Part shown: positions 1 to 12,020 of the stretch, in pieces
Layout: every line of letters begins with the position of its first letter
Position numbering within the stretch: position 1 is the stretch's first letter
Source: Octopus vulgaris
Lineage: Eukaryota
Length of the DNA: 64,000 nucleotides
Direction of reading: 5' to 3'
Assembly (NCBI GenBank): GCA_951406725.2
Contig: OX597820.1
Span: 57,474,001 to 57,538,000, forward strand
The notes under the pieces: generated by a model
The model's input: the letters and a program-made list of their open reading frames with translations, nothing else
The model's database searches: none
What the model was told of the DNA's origin: nothing
Made by a program: the position numbers and the translations under genes

Positions 1-715
1 TATGTATGTATGTATCCATACTGATATGTATAAATAATCGTATTCATGTACGTTTAAGTGTGTGTGTGTGTGTGTAAATACATACATCCAATTAGACACA
101 CACGAACAAACGCACAACTTCAACGAAATTCTGCATTAAAGTAAGAATCTTTGTTCGCGTTAGCGTGCTTATACTTTGGTCACATTCAATCTTTCTATTA
201 CCCACTCCAGCCGACAACAATCTTCATTAATTCTTTGAGATTAAATGATTTGCAGAAACACGCACCTGTCCTGGTAATAAATATAGATATACGCCTCATA
301 TTTTGATTATATATGTATATATTTTGACTCATTTTATTGACTCAGGTTGTCTACATATACACATACACATACATGTGCATATATATATATACATACATAC
401 GTACATACATATACATATATATAAATACATGCACACACTCACACACACACACACACACACATACACACACGCACCTATGTATATGGAAAGCAGAAACGCA
501 TACAATTCACAGATAGATCGTAATTTAGTTATTTTAACACCTGTTTCATCAGGAATAAACATCATTAATTCTATAAATACATAAGATACATTATGTATTA
601 ATATAAATTAATTTAAATCATTTGTATCTCTGTCCCCCCTCTCTCTCTCTCTCTCTCTTTCTCTGTCTCGTTGACTCTTTCTCTTTATACATGTATATAT
701 CGGTGTATGCATGTA

Positions 716-772
<57 letters not shown>

Positions 773-789
773 TTCGTATTTCGTTTTCG

Positions 790-1102
790 TTTTTCTTGTT
801 TCAGCTCAGAGCTGCGGCCATGCTGATGCACCGCCGTTTTGTGCTACACTGTTATTACGAAGAGCCTCCTCTAATATGTGGCACTTGGTGAAGAATGGAG
901 TTTGATATAGCTACCCTCATTTGCACCTCTTGCCGTGAGGTAGATTCATCTGGTACTCTCGACAGGAAGAGGTCCAGCTTTGATTTCAAAACCGCTACAT
1001 CTACTTTGCGCAAGTTCCTCAGACTCTTTGGGAGAATATTAAAAAGCTGTGGGCCCTTGAAACCCAGACTGTTGCAGTAGCTGGTCCTGAAGCGTGATGG
1101 CA
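790..1102 (-). mobile_element. 3' end of a CR1/L2-group LINE (ORF2 C-terminus + 3' UTR stem-loop)
   Basis: Minus ORF reads SRFRTSYCNSLGFKGPQLFNILPKSLRN...KSKLDLFLSRVPDE...*, a typical LINE ORF2 C-terminus, followed by a short UTR and A-rich tail. Clade assigned from memory. Confidence 0.75.
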
Positions 1103-1216
1103 TATATATACATATATACACATATATATATTTATTTATTCGTATAAATGTGTATATATCTGTGACCAAATACGTATATGTACACGTGCATATATGCCGG
1201 CATGCATATGTGTATG

Positions 1217-1247
<31 letters not shown>

Positions 1248-1271
1248 ATATGTATGTATGTATGTATGTAT

Positions 1272-1575
1272 GTGACTTAGTGGTTAGAGTAGTCGGCTTA
1301 CGATCGTATGGTTGTGAGTTCAATTCGCGGCGGCGCGTTGTGTCCTTGAGTAAGAACACTTTATTTCGCGTTGCTCCAGTCCACCCGGCAAGCTAAAATG
1401 GGTAGTATTTGTATTTCAAAAACCATCCTTTTCACGTTTTGTGTCACACTGAATCTCCCCGAGAACTACATATGTCTGTGGAGTGCTCAGCCACTTGTAT
1501 GTTGATTTCACGATCAGGCTGTTCCGTTGATCGGATCAAGTGGGACCCTCGTCGTCATGACAAACAGATTGCCGG
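1272..1575 (+). mobile_element. Diverged tRNA-derived SINE
   Basis: A-box (gacttagtggttag) and B-box (gagttcaattc). Body (ttgctccagtccac) is shared with copies at 5295 and 17399. Confidence 0.7.
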
Positions 1576-1585
1576 TTATGTGTGT

Positions 1586-1960
1586 ATGTCGTAGAGCTGA
1601 TAGTTCCTTGGAAAGTGAACATCAAAGACCTTTTCCTCGGAAAAGAGAGAAATTACAAAAAATGGATTGAAATCTGTGAAACCAATGGATGCGAAGCAAT
1701 ATACCTTCCTGTAGAGACAGGTGTTAGAGGATTTGTTGGAACCGCTGAGAAAGCAGGCTATTACATCCGGCTCAAGAGTGAATACGAGCAGCGCAGCAAG
1801 AACGAGCAATGAGGATGATACAAAACATATAAAACAGAGTGGTTGGCCCCGGGTAGCACTGGTGTCGCAGTAGACGAGGCCGAAATATCTGCATTTCTGT
1901 GCGACACCGCCTGATGCGACGTCGACTCCTGCAAACGGAGACCGATTACAACTGTATACT
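1586..1960 (+). mobile_element. Restriction-like endonuclease (REL) fragment of a HERO/R2-group non-LTR retrotransposon
   Basis: VVELIVPWK...K...Y...LPVETGVRGFVG...AEKAGYYI matches the ELTVPWE...PVEVGCRGF REL signature. Confidence 0.7.
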
Positions 1961-2013
1961 GAGGAGGCAAATGTTTATTCTACATGTGTACGTGTGCCTC
2001 TACATATTTATGT

Positions 2014-2113
<100 letters not shown>

Positions 2114-2171
2114 GAATAATAAAGAGAAAGTTCTTGGTTCAGTATTGTATATATTTGAAAGAATGAGTAGA

Positions 2172-2334
2172 AATTGGTGCCAAGCTGTATCAGCCCCTTT
2201 GCTTTTCCCTTGGATAACATCAGTGGCATGGAGTGGAGAGGCTGGTATGCATGAGCAACTGCTGGTCTTCCATAAACAACCTTGCCAAGACTTGTGGATC
2301 AGAAGGTAACCTTCTTGAGGCAATCCCATGGTCA

Positions 2335-2335
<1 letters not shown>
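2172..2335 (-). repeat. Interspersed repeat fragment (second copy at about 5868-5960)
   Basis: ttggtgccaag...catc(a/g)gtggc(a/g)tggag...atgagcaactgct(g/t)gtcttcc is present at both loci. Confidence 0.6.
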
Positions 2336-2405
<70 letters not shown>

Positions 2406-2726
2406 GTGAGTGAGTGAGTGAGAAATGTCACTTCCGTCATTGGACCGCAGTCTTTTATTCAACATGCTTAAAAAGGTACGATTGATCCCAGCACCTTTTT
2501 CTGTTACTTATTCTTTACTGAAACGCCAGGTAGGGGTGGGGTGGGGCAAAAGCAAACCAGCACCGGTTGTCAAGTGGTGGGGGTGGCACAGAAACATGAA
2601 CACACGCACACATGTGACAAACCTCTCTCCGTTTCCGCCTACCAGATCCGTTCACGAGGTTTTTATCACCCCACATGTTACTGTATAGAGGACAGCTGAT
2701 CCAAGATGTCACATAGTCGGACTACT

Positions 2727-2800
<74 letters not shown>

Positions 2801-3474
2801 ATGTATGTATGTACGTATGTTTGTATGTATATAAAATATGTGTATGTGTTGTGTGTGTGAGAGAGAGAGAGTCTTGTGTGTTCGTATGTATACATAACAT
2901 ACACACACTCACAGACTTACATTTCCTGTGACGAAAGATAAAGATATTCAGTCAAATATTTAGTCTCTACTTAACAGTATTAGCTGCATTGTGACTGTTG
3001 ACTTTGTAACAATGTACACAAATATATATAAATATATGCTTAAAATATACGTGTTCATTCTATATTTAATGTAATATATATGCGGTCTTCTTAACAACAC
3101 GGCTATTACTGCGCCTATAGTTGTGCATATATTTTGTAATTGTTTTCCTATGATAGTACCAGTGGTTTTAATATCAATATCGCTGATTTTGGCTCGGGCA
3201 AAATTGCGTAACACACCATAAAACATATGAATTAATCAATTGTATATGAGAAAATATTTCTGGCTTTGCTTTGAAACAATTTTGTAGTTATAACCTCTGG
3301 AGAGAGAATAACTAATTGACAAATCTACAGTAACAGATGATTTATTCTGGATAATGTCTGATGTTTATAAACACAGACTGATTGAGGGGTGGGAGAGCGT
3401 GAGCGAGAGGGAGAGGTGGACAAGACGAAAAGCGAAGGAAGAAGAAGATAAAGGAGTAAATAAATTCTGAGTGA

Positions 3475-3790
3475 GTGGAGGGGCAATGGCTCAGTGGTTA
3501 GGGCAGCGGACTCGCCGTCGGAGGATCGCGGTTTCGATTCCCAGACCGGGCATTGTGTGTGTTTATTGAGCGAAAGCACCTAAAAGCACCACGATGCTCT
3601 GGCAGGGGGTTGTGGCAACCCCTGTTGTACGCTTTCGCCACAACTATCTCTCACTCTCTCTTCCTGTTTCTTGAGTAACGCTGCGATGGATTGGCGTCCC
3701 GTCCAGCTGGGGGGAACACATACGCCACAGAAACCGGGAAACCGGGCCCATGAGCCTGGCTAGGCTTGAAAAGGGCGAAGGAAGGAAGGA
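3475..3790 (+). mobile_element. tRNA-derived SINE (family A, octopus OK/OR-like)
   Basis: tRNA-like head (ggctcagtggttagggcagcggactcg...ggtttcgattccc), body ending gaaaccgggaaaccgg, simple-repeat tail. Related copies at 4370, 5295, 9530, 17052-17950 and 57274. Confidence 0.85.
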
Positions 3791-3800
3791 AAGTCAGAGA

Positions 3801-3844
<44 letters not shown>

Positions 3845-4249
3845 AATGTAAGGGTCTAACCCTTCTAATGCCGCTGAGACATCGATGTCGAAATCGCGAT
3901 CCTTTAGTACTGCGGTTCTCAACTGGGGTTCGTATGACTCTTGGGGTGGGGTGGAGGGGTCAGTATGACCCTTGGAGGCCCATATAAGATTATGATGTTA
4001 AATAGGTTATACTTCTACAATACACAAAATATTCTATCATGTATTCTCTACTTGTTTCAGTAATTAGACTGCGGCCATGCTAGAGCACCGCTTTCAGGAA
4101 TTTCTTTTTAGTCGAACTAATTGACCCCAGTACGTATTTCCCTTTTAAGCCTGTTAATTGTTAATTATTCTATCGGTCTCTTTTGTCGAACTGCTAAGTT
4201 ACGGGGAAGTAAACACAAAAAATACCGGTTGTCATACACACATACACAT

Positions 4250-4330
<81 letters not shown>

Positions 4331-4369
4331 CATATATATATTGTTGTTGTTGTTGTTGTTGTTGTTGTT

Positions 4370-4548
4370 TGTTCCTTCTCGAGCCACGCCTGGCTCATAG
4401 GGCCGGCTTCCCGGTTTCCCTGGCGTATAGGACTGGACGCCGGTCCGTCGCAGGTGAACTGCAAGGTGCAGGAAGAAAGCGTGAGAGGAAATTGTGGCGA
4501 AAGAGTCAGCAGAAGTTCGCTGCTCTAACCACAGGGCCAAGTGCCTTC
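4370..4548 (-). mobile_element. SINE family A, internally deleted
   Basis: Reverse complement matches the head and 3' part of the 17652/57274 copies; (AAC)n tail. Confidence 0.8.
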
Positions 4549-4554
4549 ACACAC

Positions 4555-4635
<81 letters not shown>

Positions 4636-4659
4636 AGTGAAGCGTTCCATATTTTATAA

Positions 4660-5005
4660 AAGGTGCAGAAATGGCTGTGGTAAGAAGCTTGCTTCCCAAC
4701 CGCATGCTTCTAGGTTCAATTTCACTGCTTAGCACCCTAAGCGAGTGTCTTCTACAATAGCCTCGAGACGACCAAAGATCTGTGAGTGGATTTGGTAGAC
4801 AGAAACTGAAAGGAGCCCGTCGTATATATATATATATTCTTTTGTTCTTTTATTCTTTTACTTTTTTCGGTCATTTGACTGCGACCATGCTGGAACACCG
4901 CCTTTACTCGAACAAATCGCCCTCAGGACTTATTCTTTCTAAGACTAAAGGCGGTGCTCCAAAATGGCCGCAGTCAAATGACTGAAACTAGTAAACGATA
5001 AAAAG
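4660..5005 (+). mobile_element. SINE family B fragments (composite)
   Basis: ggctgtggtaagaagcttgcttcccaacc head and ggcggtgctcc...cagtcaaatgactgaaac tail. Confidence 0.7.
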
Positions 5006-5294
5006 TTATCTAAAACGTTCCATTCTTATCAATCCTAGTTGTGTGTGTGTGCGTGTGTGTGTGTATGTGTTTTAACTCTAGTTCGGCTCTAATCGAGAGT
5101 TGCAATCATCTATAATGTTCCATCCACGGCAGTCTCTGTCTTGTTTTTGTTTTTGGACCAGAGTTAGTCCTTATCGAGCAGCCCCATAATCTGAGGCGTT
5201 GCTGCCTTGACCATTCCGAAATCTTTTTGCTTTATTTAAGCCTTGTTCAATAGCATACCGACTGTGATCTTCCAAAGATCATTCCACCCACATA

Positions 5295-5545
5295 GTCGAG
5301 GCGCGTGGCTTAGGGGTTAGGGTGTCAGCACCATGATCGTAAGATTGTGGTTTCGATTCCTGGACCGGGCGACGCGTAGTGTTCTTAAGCAAAACACTTC
5401 ATTTCACGTTGCTCCAGTCCACTCAGCTGGCAAAAATGAGTAATCCTGCGACGGACCGGCGTCCCGTCCAGGTGAGGAATTTATTCGCCATGGAAACCGG
5501 GAACCCGGCCGTTATGAGTCGGCATGATTCGAGAAGGTAACTTTA
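5295..5545 (+). mobile_element. tRNA-derived SINE (family A variant)
   Basis: gaggcgcgtggcttag...ggtttcgattcc head; close match to the 17399 copy. Confidence 0.85.
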
Positions 5546-6013
5546 TTTACTATTCCACCCCCATCTCTCAGGTGCAATGCAGCTTCCGACTACATTATCC
5601 AGTGTGATTCTTACATGACAGTAATTTGGGTAGCGAGTTGGCAGAGTCGTTAAAGCCTTGGGTAGAACGTCTCGCGGCATTTATTCCGTGTCTCTGCATT
5701 CTGAGTTTAAATCTTACCGCGTTCAACTTTGCCTTTTATCCTCTGGAGGTCGATAAAAATAAAACTACTAATCCATGGTGATGAATTGGCTGAACAACAG
5801 TTCAGGTCGTTGTGTAGCAGTATCTGTTCTGACTCTTTGAGTTCTGATAGCAATAATTGCAATGACATTGGTGCCAAGAGATATCGGCCTTTTCCTTTAA
5901 CAAACATCGGTGGCGTGGAGACTTGCATGTATGAGCAACTGCTTGTCTTCCTCAAGAACGAACCAAAATCTTGCTCGAACCTATGAATGCATATGCATGG
6001 GCCATGTCTGGTC

Positions 6014-6184
6014 CAGTAGCGTAGCTGCAGTGGTGGAAGGCAAGGAGCACTCCGACTCAGCCGACGCTTTTATGAGGGCGACCCTTTCGGGTTCGCTGTA
6101 TACGCCTGTATAGAATTGGAGGTACGGGGTTAGCGGCAAAATCAAGAGCTACCCCGAACAGCATACACTCTAGCCACACCACTG
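6014..6184. mobile_element. hAT-like MITE
   Basis: Imperfect TIRs cagtagcgtagct / tagccacaccactg, flanked by a degenerate 8-bp duplication gtctggtc / atatggtc. Confidence 0.55.
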
Positions 6185-7189
6185 ATATGGTCAACATTAA
6201 CTAACTGAAGCTCTATACAGAGTGTATAATTTAAGCGAGATTCGGCTGTTATTTCTAACAGTGTCGCTAACTCACATAGAGGCTCCCACATAGAATCGGT
6301 GAACAGAATCATGTTTTCCTCAGATCCGCTTTAAAGCAAGCCTTTAACCAAAGACAATCCAACCGTGATCATCTCATTGATTTTTTTTTTCTTCTTTTAA
6401 GCATTGATATCTATGACCACAATATTTGACATGTCCTGTCTTTTACAACGACAGGTTGGCACTTGTGTGAAATTTTGCGCTATTATTCACAAATAACTCT
6501 CCAAAACTTTTCTCTTTCCCCGGAGGAGAAGTTTGTCTGGAACGCTGGTAATTTCCCTTTATTACGACTTCCCAACTTAAGTAATTTTAAGTCTTTCCAA
6601 TAAATGTGATTTGTGCCGACGCAAACCACGTCAATTCTCCTTGGATACAGGATTTTTTTTTTTACCTATAATTAATTATATCATATTTGGTTGTTTAGTA
6701 AAGATTTTATATGATTTTTCATGCGTGATGTTAGTAGTAAGTCTGCCAATAGATTTAATGGCCTAATAATAATGATGATAATAATAATAACAATAATGAT
6801 AATAATAATAGTAGTAGTAGTAGTATTGTGATAGTATAGAGAGAGTCTCGAGTGTTGTATGATCTTTGTATGTCGTATTTGTTATGGAGTCCGTTAATTG
6901 AATAATTTCATATCTTTCACTCATATTACCTACACGCGTAAGTATGTATTATGTATGTACGTACGAATCTATGTACTATGTATGTATGTGTGTATCTTTG
7001 TATGTATGTGTGTGTGTATATATGTGTGTGTGTGTGTGCAAGTATTATATATTTATCAAACTATCTACCTACTTACGTATACACACAGACACGCACACGC
7101 ACACACATGCACACATATATATTGTATATATGTATATAAATATAGCTTGATATATACATCTTATATATATATATATGTATATTTGCATG

Positions 7190-7220
<31 letters not shown>

Positions 7221-7284
7221 GCATATATATATATATGTGTGTGTGTGTGTGTATGTGTATGTATGTATGTATGTATGTATGAAT

Positions 7285-8160
7285 GTATGTATGTATGTAA
7301 AAGAAAAGCAAAAACAACAAAAGTCAAAAGAACGTACACAGCGAATGTATCGGGGTGACGCTCAGTTCAAGATTTAAAAAACGAGGGTGTGTGTGACGTT
7401 TCGAGAATTGCTTCTTCGTCAGAAAGAGGAAAGAGAAAAGGTTCGGAGAGAGGGAAAATAATAGTCGAAGAAAAGCGCGTGTATGGTTTCTTGGCCGAAA
7501 TGACGGGAAGTGGTAAGAAATAGAGAAAGTAGCATTTAAAGGTAGGAAAGTGCAAAAAATGGTCGGTGTGTGTTAGTATCTGTGTGTGTGTGTGTGTGGT
7601 AGTATCTCTGTGAGTGTATGTTTGAGTTTATGTGAGTGATGTATCTGTGAAGGGAGTGGTGCTAGCAGCAGCAGTTAGATTTGATGATGAAAGGCGAGAT
7701 GACATGTATGTAAGTGTGTTGACGTTGCTGTGTGTACGTATGAGTTTGTGTATATGGAGATGTATATGTGTGTGTATGCATGTCTGAACATGCGAGTGTG
7801 TGTATTGGTGTGGATAAGGGGATAACGGGTGTGTGTGTGTATTTATGTAGTATATGGGGTCGCAAGCTATGCATATGGGTGTGTCGATGTGTATGAAAGA
7901 TGAATCAAAAATATAAAATAGACTAAATTAAATCAAAATTTAAAATGATATTAAATCAAAAAATTAATTAATTTAATTAAATTTAAAAAGGTATGTGGAA
8001 GATGTTACAGAAAGGAGGTGTTGTCCACTCCAAACAGCATAAGGGTTCTAATAGAGAAGGTGTAGTGTTGTTCGAGGTGAAGTCTAGTGGTGATGGAATC
8101 ATGGTGCAAGGTCAGGCTGAAGACACTAAGGTGTGCATGGAGTAGCCGGCAGAGTAAAAA
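7285..8160 (-). mobile_element. Degenerate Penelope-like element 3' end (GIY-YIG C-terminus + pLTR with HHR motif)
   Basis: Minus 8015-8160 reads FYSAGYSM...LSVFSL...RLHLEQHYTFSIRTL..GVD (PLE endonuclease C-terminus). Downstream motif CTGACGAAGAAGCAATTCTCGAAACGTC at 7395-7422. Confidence 0.6.
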
Positions 8161-8545
8161 TTACTGGCTATGGGCTTATTTTTATGCAGGTGGATAAGCA
8201 CATCTGTGTAGTAAGAGGTTTGCTTCCTTACCACATGGTCCAGAGTTCCTTACCACATGGTCCTTGTGCAAGTGTTTTCTACTATAGCAGGTGCAGACGT
8301 GGCTATGTGGAGGCGTACGCGTGGCTGTGTGAAGCTGCAAGCGTGACTCTGTGGTCAGAAGCTTGCTTTCCGACCACATGGTTCGGAGTTCAGCCCCACT
8401 GTGTGAACCTTGGGCGATTGTCTTCTATTATATCCTCGGGCCGACTAAAGTCTTGTGAGTGCATTTGGTAAACAGCAACTGAAAGAATCCCGTCGTATGT
8501 GTGTGTGTACGTATATATATATATGTGTGTGTGTGTATGTGTGTG

Positions 8546-8578
<33 letters not shown>

Positions 8579-8947
8579 AGACATATATAGCGAAGGCACG
8601 TGGATTAGTGTTTAAGGCATTTGGCCCACCATCGTACGGTCATGAGTTCAATTCCCAGCGATGCGTCGTGTCCTTCAGTAAGACACTTCATTTCACATTG
8701 CTCCAGTCAATGGCAACATCGTTATCACGCCAGGTTAGATGCTTAGCGGCATTTCGTCCATCTTCTTGCTCTGAGTTCAAATTTCGCCGGCGTCGACTTT
8801 GCCTTTTATTCTTTTGGGGTCGATAAATTAAGTACCAGTAAACACTGGGATCGATGTAATCGACAATTCCTCTCCCCCGAAATTTCAAGTCTTGTGCCTT
8901 TAGCAGAAGGGATTATTATTGTTGTTGGTGGTGATGGTGGTGGTGGT

Positions 8948-9145
8948 AAGGCGGCGAACTGGCAGAATGGTTAGTAAGCCAGGCAAATATACATAGCAGC
9001 ATTTCACCCGTCTTCGAGTTCTGAGTTCTAATCCTGCCGAGATCGACTTTACCTTTCATTCTTTCAGGCTTGATAAAATAAGTACCAGTTATGCATTGGG
9101 GTCGATGCAATCGACGTACCCCTCCCCCAAATTTCAGGCCTTGTG
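8948..9145 (+). mobile_element. SINE family C
   Basis: aaggcggcgaactggcagaa...ttctgagttc...cgactttacctttca...aagtaccag. Copies at about 8710, 16748, 25285(-), 28185(-), 39333, 50960 and 60391. Confidence 0.8.
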
Positions 9146-9529
9146 TCTATTATTATTGTTGTTGCTGTTGTCTTCTTCTTCTTCTTCTTCTTCTTCTTCT
9201 TCTTCTTCTTCTTCTTCTTCTTCTTCTTCTTCTTCTTCAATCAGGACTCACGCCATTAGCCACTAAGAATAATCTCTAGTTCATGCCTACTCTAAGCTAC
9301 TAAGAATGCGTGTGGCAATTTGAAGATCTACCCACCACACGCGATAGACTGGCGGTTGCACGGTCGCGAAAGCTACGTTGTTATCCTCATTCCGTTAACG
9401 GTGGCTTTTAACGGGTAGCGAACTGAACCGTCCTGGGGTACAGAGGATTCGCAATCTAGACTAGGCTCTGAAAGTTTACCACACTATAGTGGGTTACACC
9501 ACGGTTCCTCTGCTTTGTAGCAGAAGTAG

Positions 9530-9716
9530 AAAGAAAGAATGAACGAAAGCTGTGGTGAAAGAGTACAGCGGGGTTCACCCCCCACTCGCCGGAACCTCGT
9601 GGAACTTATGTGTTTTTGCTCAATAAACACTCAGAATACCCGGTCTGGGAATCGAAACCGCATTCTTACGCTCGCGAGTCCGCTGCCCTAACCACTGGGC
9701 CATTGCGCCTCCACTG
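9530..9716 (-). mobile_element. SINE family A, 5' part
   Basis: Reverse complement of the 3475 head (gtggaggcgcaatggcccagtggttagggcagcggactcg). Confidence 0.8.
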
Positions 9717-10792
9717 CTGTTGTTGTCGTTGACGTCGTCGTCGTTGTTGTTAATATTTCTTGACCTGGCAAGAAGTCTCTACACATTATTCTTGTAACAG
9801 GGATCATTTTCTTTCGTTCCGATTTCTTTTCTGTGTCGTATTGCAAAGATCATTACAAAGTTGAGAAATTATTGGAATGATTATTTTCTGTCTAATTTGG
9901 GTAAAAGGCACTCTTTTTTTTTCACACACGTATGCGCACTGATATCAAGCAACAAAAAAAGAATATGAACACTTGTATTTTGCATTAAGAGGAAAACCCA
10001 TTTCTCAAAAGTTGTTAACCTTGTGTCTAATTAAGAAACTAATGTGGCAAAACCCTTATTATTTATTAATTTTTTTTTTTAATTTTTTTTTTTCAAAGCT
10101 TCTCTAAATTAATTATTACTTTTTGTGAATACTTTTAATATTTAGGTGACTGTTTTAATTCGTTTGCAATTTACTAAAGAAACGCGAACGCTAAGTTTTC
10201 TCTTGATTAATTTTCTTTCTTAGATATTTTGAACAGGTTATTGTGTCAACTGATATTCAACGTGCTTATGTCAGTAAAACACGCTGCCAAATTAGGTAAA
10301 AGTAAAACCAAAAACAAAAATGAAAAACATACTATTAATGAAAATACATACACTCTTGCAAAAAAATATCGTGCTAAATCTTATTGTTATAGCAATAAAC
10401 ACTACCAAAGTTAGCGAAATTCACAACTTACTTAATACCAGCAACAGTGCAAAGTTGTAAATGTTTCCCCTACCAAATTAAGACAACTACAGGCTAACTA
10501 GTTGTTGCGTATTTGCTTGTAATAACAAGCAAACTTTGAGCATGAACAAGCTGGCAAGGAAGTATGTATTTGACAAAATTTTGTATCAAAAATAAATGTA
10601 TCACTACATGTGCATTTTACCCTTACCAAAATCCGAGCAGGTTTTCTCAAGTTCACAATGGAACAATTAGAGGAGCAAACCATCAAGAACATTCCAAACA
10701 ATATCTCGTCCACAGATGGAGGGAAGAATTATGGAAACTGAGCACGAGGTGGTGAGACACCACCGACCCATCAATATACTGGTATCGCAATA

Positions 10793-10793
10793 C

Positions 10794-10876
<83 letters not shown>

Positions 10877-11163
10877 TGGTCTTATTTTTATAACGTGCTT
10901 TCACCGCACTACCGAACGCAGCTCTGTGTGCCTTGGGTATGTGCTGTGGTTTGCTGTGATGCACTTATGGTTACTGCATTGAAAGTGTTTTGCGTAGGAT
11001 GTCTGCAGTGCCTAGTAGTGCTATTTATTGTATGTTATATATATATCTGTTAGTCCTAGTGTTTTTGTTATGTATTTGTCTGAATATTTTTTATCATACC
11101 TAATGTACCCACTATGATAGGAATTTTTCTGTTTTTAAACTCCACATTCGAGTTACCTCTATT
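10793..11163 (-). mobile_element. R4/Dong-clade LINE 3' fragment ending in (TAA)n
   Basis: IEVTRMWSLKT...IPIIVGTLGMIK...IQ*IALLGTADILRKTLSMQ* (frameshifted) is an REL C-terminus; 3' UTR runs into (TAA)n. Confidence 0.8.
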
Positions 11164-11199
11164 ATCATCATCATCATCATCATTGATTTGACTCAGATT

Positions 11200-11478
11200 T
11201 TTTCTTATTCTTGATAGAATTTATAGATTATAGATTACGACTGTAATCTTAGGTATCCACAATCTTTCAATAGTCTTTCAAGTGCTTAAGACTATCCAGA
11301 TAATTTTTCCTATCCCTAAGAGGCAAGTTTACTGTAGAAGCTCTACAGGGCATTCTGTTCCAATTTTCTTCAGCTATTTGTCTATATCTCTAGTTACAGT
11401 TCTCAATGCACCAATTACTATAAGCACAACTTTTACAATTTTCATATTCCAAATTCATGCAATTTCAAATTCTAAGGG
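11200..11478 (-). mobile_element. Second, older R4/Dong-like LINE 3' fragment
   Basis: LEFEIA*IWNMKIVKVVLIVIGALRTV...LKKIG...LLQ*TCLLGIGKII. Confidence 0.7.
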
Positions 11479-11479
11479 T

Positions 11480-12020
11480 ATAGAAAAAGAGGTTGTGTTG
11501 TGGACGAGGTTGAAAGGATTAAAAACAGACACTTTCCTCTTCAGCTAACTTCCTCTTCGGCCAACTCAGCAACTTGGAAAGGACAGTGAGGGTGGAGAGG
11601 AAAATACACTCTCCCAGTGGTTTTATCGAAGAGTGGGTGACAGTGGAGAAAATAGGATGAATGAATCTGTTCTAAGTACGTACTTGAAGATTGGAGAAAA
11701 ACATTTGGGAAATGACTTGCGCTTTTGGAAGTCAGTGTCATCCAGAATCTGTGAGGTTCATTGAATGGTCCTGGTTGCAGGTTCTGTTGTATCAAGAGTA
11801 CTGCATCATAGATGTGTTGACATATTTTGCACACTTTGTATGCTTTTATCTCATTTCATCCTCCTCTCCCTCTCTTCACCTTATCTTTTATGTAAACCTA
11901 CACACCACAAATTTTAATTCTAATCTCCCCCTAGTCCGATGTCGCTGTGGAAAATAAAGAAACCATCATCATCATCATCGTCATCGTCGTCGTCATCATT
12001 ATCATCATCGTTATCATTAT
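11480..12020 (+). mobile_element. Tx1/L1-like LINE 3' end with (CAT)n tail
   Basis: KEVVLWTRLKGLKTDTFL...VRVERK...FIEEWV, then UTR ending aataaagaaaccatcatcatc. Confidence 0.5.

Noticed and set aside
3475-3550. tRNA gene-like sequence
   Set aside because: It is a SINE head: it continues into a repeated body and lacks a proper acceptor stem. The same holds for the other copies.
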